From positions 20,345 through 84,344 of the forward strand of contig JAGAIM010000019.1 in the NCBI GenBank assembly GCA_017626555.1: a stretch of 64,000 nt of DNA, written 5' to 3'. The stretch comes from Bacteroidales bacterium (lineage in GTDB: Bacteria > Bacteroidota > Bacteroidia > Bacteroidales > UBA932). Position 1 is the stretch's first letter. Each line of letters opens with the position of its first letter. The position numbers and the translations under genes are program-made. The notes under the pieces are model-generated. The model searched no databases, was not told where the DNA came from, and saw only the letters and a list, made by a program, of their open reading frames with translations. Shown in pieces: positions 60,392-64,000 of the stretch.

Positions 60392-60539
60392 TAAAAAGAC
60401 TTTCAACATTGGTTGTTTAGATTTTTTTATTACCTTTGTGAACCCCGTTACGTTTGGGGAGTTTATTTTTCTTTCAATTCAAATTTCCCTGACTTCACGG
60501 GAAGTTCCCAATTGAATACAATCACATTAAATATTTTTT

Positions 60540-62396
60540 ATGCACAAGATTTTTGACCTTAGGGAAATGGACATTGACAGTCTCCGTTCTCTCGCTGAAG
60601 GACTTAAAGTAAAGAATTACAAAAAGTTGGAGAAAGATGACCTGGTCTATGCCATTTTAGATGAAGAGGCTAAACAAAATGCTCTGAATGCTCCTGAAAA
60701 GCCGAAGAGAGGACGTCCGCGTAAAGAAAAGGCTGCGGACACAAAACCGGCGACACAAGAAGCAGCACCAGAGCAAAAGCCTGTGGAGAAGATTGCCAAG
60801 CCTGAAAGCAAACCGGAGGCCCAGCCAGAAGAACAGAAAGAGCAGAAGAAGCAGGGAGAAAATGCCGGTAAGAAACGAGGTCGCAAACCTAAGAATGAAG
60901 ACAAGCCTGTTAAGGAGAAAGCAGAATCTGCGCAAACGAAGGAACCGGCTCAGCAGACTGAGTCTGAGCCTTTGACAGCAGAAGTCCGACAAGAAGAGCG
61001 TCCGCAGGAAAAATCTGACAAGCAGCAGCCTAGACAGAAAAGAGCCAGGATTCAGAAGCCACAAGCAGCAATCGAACCTGTAAAGCACTCTGAAGACGTA
61101 TCAGATGACTCGGCAGAAGAGAAACCGAAGGTTCCTCAGCAAAACAATAACAACCAGTCTAACGGTAACCGTCATAACGGACAGAAACAGCAGCAGAATG
61201 CAAAGGAAAATACCCCTGCGCAGACTCAATCCAACAACCAGCAACGTCCTCAGGAACCGGTTATAGAATTTGACGGAGTTGTGGAGGCAACCGGAGTTCT
61301 TGAAATTCTTCCGGAAGGATATGGATTCCTTCGCTCGTCAGACTATAATTACCTGAATTCTCCTGACGACATATACGTCTCGCAGTACCAGATCAAGCAG
61401 CACGCTCTCAAGACTGGAGATACAGTTACAGGAGAAATAAAGCCACCTAAAGCCGGTGACAAATATTTCCCTCTGGTACGTATTAAGTTCATAAACGGAC
61501 GAACTCCGGAATTCATCCGCGACAGAATTCCTTTTGACTTCCTTACCCCTCTCTTCCCAGAGGAAAAGTTCAACCTTCTCGGTAAGGGTCATAATGATAT
61601 GTCCTGTCGAATCGTCGATATGTTCACTCCAATCGGAAAAGGCCAGCGTGGACTTATCGTCGCACAGCCGAAGACTGGTAAGACAATGCTCCTTAAGGCA
61701 ATTGCAAACGCTATAGCAGACAATCATCCGGAGGTCTATATGATCGTACTCCTGATCGACGAACGTCCGGAAGAAGTTACCGATATGGCTCGCAGCGTGA
61801 AAGCGGAAGTGGTCGCATCTACTTTTGATGAACCTGCAGAACGCCACGTCAAGGTAGCCAATATGGTGCTCGAAAAAGCCAAGAGAATGGTTGAATGCGG
61901 ACACGACGTAGTCATCCTCCTTGACTCGATTACACGTCTCGCACGTGCATACAACACTGTCCAGCCGGCATCTGGAAAGGTTCTTTCCGGTGGTGTGGAT
62001 GCCAATGCGCTCCACAAACCAAAGAGATTCTTCGGAGCAGCCAGAAATATCGAGAACGGTGGTTCACTTACAATTCTTGCCACGGCTCTGACAGAGACAG
62101 GGTCCAAGATGGACGAGGTTATCTTCGAGGAATTCAAGGGTACCGGCAATATGGAACTTCAGCTCGACAGAAGACTTGCCAACAAACGCATCTTCCCTGC
62201 TGTTGACGTTACATTGTCAAGTACACGCCGTGACGACCTCCTCTACTCCCCTGCCATCGCCAACCGTATCTGGGTTATGCGTAAATTCCTGGCCGATATG
62301 ACCTGCATCGAAGCAATAGAACTCCTTCAGGATCGTATGCGCCGCTGGGGAACCAATGATGCCCTTCTCCAGAATATGGACAAAGACGATATGTAA
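60540..62396 (+). CDS. rho: Transcription termination factor Rho with long low-complexity insertion
   Basis: [41 protein letters not shown]. Confidence 0.97.
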   Translation: MHKIFDLREMDIDSLRSLAEGLKVKNYKKLEKDDLVYAILDEEAKQNALNAPEKPKRGRPRKEKAADTKPATQEAAPEQKPVEKIAKPESKPEAQPEEQKEQKKQGENAGKKRGRKPKNEDKPVKEKAESAQTKEPAQQTESEPLTAEVRQEERPQEKSDKQQPRQKRARIQKPQAAIEPVKHSEDVSDDSAEEKPKVPQQNNNNQSNGNRHNGQKQQQNAKENTPAQTQSNNQQRPQEPVIEFDGVVEATGVLEILPEGYGFLRSSDYNYLNSPDDIYVSQYQIKQHALKTGDTVTGEIKPPKAGDKYFPLVRIKFINGRTPEFIRDRIPFDFLTPLFPEEKFNLLGKGHNDMSCRIVDMFTPIGKGQRGLIVAQPKTGKTMLLKAIANAIADNHPEVYMIVLLIDERPEEVTDMARSVKAEVVASTFDEPAERHVKVANMVLEKAKRMVECGHDVVILLDSITRLARAYNTVQPASGKVLSGGVDANALHKPKRFFGAARNIENGGSLTILATALTETGSKMDEVIFEEFKGTGNMELQLDRRLANKRIFPAVDVTLSSTRRDDLLYSPAIANRIWVMRKFLADMTCIEAIELLQDRMRRWGTNDALLQNMDKDDM

Positions 62397-62419
62397 AGGA
62401 TACTCACAAATACAAATTG

Positions 62420-62483
62420 ATCACCTGTTGTGGCTTGCACCGCTGAAGCATAATAAGATGCTCAGCGCACCACAGCAGGTGAT
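62420..62483 (+). terminator. Long hairpin downstream of rho
   Basis: ATCACCTGTTGTGG / CCACAGCAGGTGAT (one G-T) with inner GCTGAAGCAT/ATGCTCAGC. Confidence 0.5.
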
Positions 62484-62488
62484 TGATT

Positions 62489-62561
62489 TTTGTGTCCGCG
62501 ATAATTGTCAGTTCCGGCAGGAAAGCAGCATAGTGTAATGACACCGGCCGCACGATATGAC
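62489..62561 (+). ncRNA. SRP (4.5S) RNA domain-IV-like motif
   Basis: GTCAGTTCC-GGCA-GGAAAGCAGC resembles consensus GTCAGGTCC-GGAA-GGAAGCAGC; boundaries uncertain. Confidence 0.35.
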
Positions 62562-62584
62562 GTGTTGCGAAGACACCATAAAGC

Positions 62585-62617
62585 AAAACCCTCGTAGAAT
62601 GCATCTACGAGGGTTTT
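62585..62617. terminator. Bidirectional terminator
   Basis: AAAACCCTCGTAGA-ATGCA-TCTACGAGGGTTTT perfect 14-bp stem. Confidence 0.8.
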
Positions 62618-62619
62618 CT

Positions 62620-62725
62620 GTGGTGTCACCGGCTTGCAAACTTGATACTTTCTGCAACTATTTTCCGTATCAAGTTCGATTCCCACACCTATTTTGATAC
62701 TCGCTGCAACTAAATAACGTTGCAG
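62620..62725 (-). mobile_element. Putative att site (tRNA 3'-end-like core) with adjacent arm-like repeats
   Basis: Minus strand CCGGTGACACCAC followed by the terminator; TTGATACT(TT/CG)CTGCAACTA at 62642-62660 and 62694-62712; AACTTGATAC/GTATCAAGTT inverted repeat. Confidence 0.4.
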
Positions 62726-63267
62726 GAAGTAAAGAAATCGTGATACATATAGTTATACACGACACGCTATTTACACACCGCGTCAAAAACATCTGAGAAG
62801 TTATTGCTGAGCCTAACAAACCTATAAGAACTAGCTACGTTGCTTAGATAACTCAAGTTTCATTATAAACCTTAAGCAACATAAAATTTGGTAGATATAG
62901 TATTTCCACAATCGACGTTGTCAGAGGTCGTTGGCGAAGTACCTTGGAAAATGGATCAACAGCCTTCCCTGGCGCAGTTGTTACTCCCCGAAGGGTAGGA
63001 AGAAGCCATAATCGGACTGCTTTGCTACCTTATTGACGACGGATCTATAAAGATAACCATCAGCAACACTTGCACTTCAATCAGAAGAGACCAATCCAGC
63101 GAGGAAGAGCATCTAGAGTGGCTTGACACAGCAATGTTATGAAACAAAACACCTTGGAGACCATCAGGTCTGCGGTAATTGCTGATGGCGATTATTTGAC
63201 ACGGTTTTTGCTTGTCGGATTGTCGTAAAAACTTATTGGAGTATTGCGAAAAATAACTACTTTTGTC

Positions 63268-64000
63268 ATGGATAACGCGTCTGATATGGTACCATCTATT
63301 GACAAGGCATTAAGAGATGTAATGAATAACAGTCTCTCAGAATTAGAGGCTGCATTGAATTGTGATGTGTTCACCTATTTTGGTCCGATTGCAGATGGTC
63401 TGGAGAATGGCATACTTGGCATCATAGAAGACCTGGCTAATACCCCAGAGAAAAGAGACACTTTAGCGGTCATTCTTACAACATACGGAGGTAGTGCTGC
63501 AGCGGTTGAACGATTCGTAAATATCATACGCCATCATTATTCCAAAGTCACATTTATCGTCCCCGACTGTGCTTACAGTGCAGGTACCATATTCTGCATG
63601 AGCGGCGATGAGATCTGGATGGATTACTTTTCAGTATTAGGTCCTATTGACCCACAGGTCCCTAATAAGGACGGGAAGTATGTTCCGGCATTAGGATACC
63701 TTGATAAGATCAACGAACTGATCAAGAAAGCTCATGATGGAACCCTCACACAAGCAGAATTCATTATTCTTAAGGATTTTGATTTAGCGGAATTGCGCGG
63801 CTATGAGCAGGCCAAGGAGCTCACCATATCACTTCTGAAGAAATGGTTGGTAAAATATAAGTTCCGCAACTGGAACAACCATTCTGATGGAAGACCTGTC
63901 ACTATGGTGGAGAAAGAGGCTCGTGCAGAGGAAATTGCCAACAAGTTAGGAGATAACAACGAATGGAAAACTCATGGTCGACCTATAGATATTGATACTC
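63268..64000 (+). CDS. SDH_sah / ClpP-crotonase-like serine protease (3' end beyond window)
   Basis: Hand translation: LTTYGGS, AYSAGT, LGPIDPQ, HGRPI; frame open to the window end so absent from the ORF track. Confidence 0.85.
   Translation, partial: MDNASDMVPSIDKALRDVMNNSLSELEAALNCDVFTYFGPIADGLENGILGIIEDLANTPEKRDTLAVILTTYGGSAAAVERFVNIIRHHYSKVTFIVPDCAYSAGTIFCMSGDEIWMDYFSVLGPIDPQVPNKDGKYVPALGYLDKINELIKKAHDGTLTQAEFIILKDFDLAELRGYEQAKELTISLLKKWLVKYKFRNWNNHSDGRPVTMVEKEARAEEIANKLGDNNEWKTHGRPIDIDT

Noticed and set aside
62760-63200. Gene fragments between the att-like site and the protease
   Set aside because: Short open frames with stops in every frame and no recognisable family

Overview
A 64-kb chromosomal segment of a Bacteroidales bacterium, judged from TAnnTTTG promoters, Bacteroidetes-type Rho/LptD/lipoproteins and SD-poor leaders. 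Most of it is housekeeping: tonB, nrdDG, porin-potABCD, pta, starch enzymes, PPi-PFK, ligA, relA/spoT, ispG, psd, cdsA, ftsH, rsfS, biotin ligase, rpe, pepD, dnaA, mlaD, amidase, lptD, rho. Four accessory zones stand out. (1) 14.4-23.4 kb is a WYL/defence-like cluster (AAA ATPase, WYL regulator, DEDD exonuclease, YgjP-like protease, DUF262-HNH nuclease, WYL remnant) in which three promoters share the identically spaced motif TGCC-N7-DGCA-N11-TTTCTTTGCA. (2) 24.5-27.3 kb is a decayed AT-rich island inserted at the 3' end of the PPi-PFK gene; it carries a GHKL-kinase/STAS-like pair and lies next to a probable bile-acid 12alpha-HSDH-like SDR. (3) 44.3-47.0 kb holds a RAYT-like HUH (Y1) transposase surrounded by eleven GTTCTAGTGAA...TTCACTAGAAS palindromes; ten have a 16-nt spacer and form doublets with a fixed 73-bp spacing, and two doublets bracket a 1-kb cassette (promoter, structured leader, lipoprotein gene, terminator). 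This is the best candidate for an undescribed system. (4) After rho come an SRP-domain-IV-like motif, a probable att site and the start of another accessory element. No rRNA, complete tRNA or CRISPR array was found. All protein assignments are from motif recognition, not database searches.
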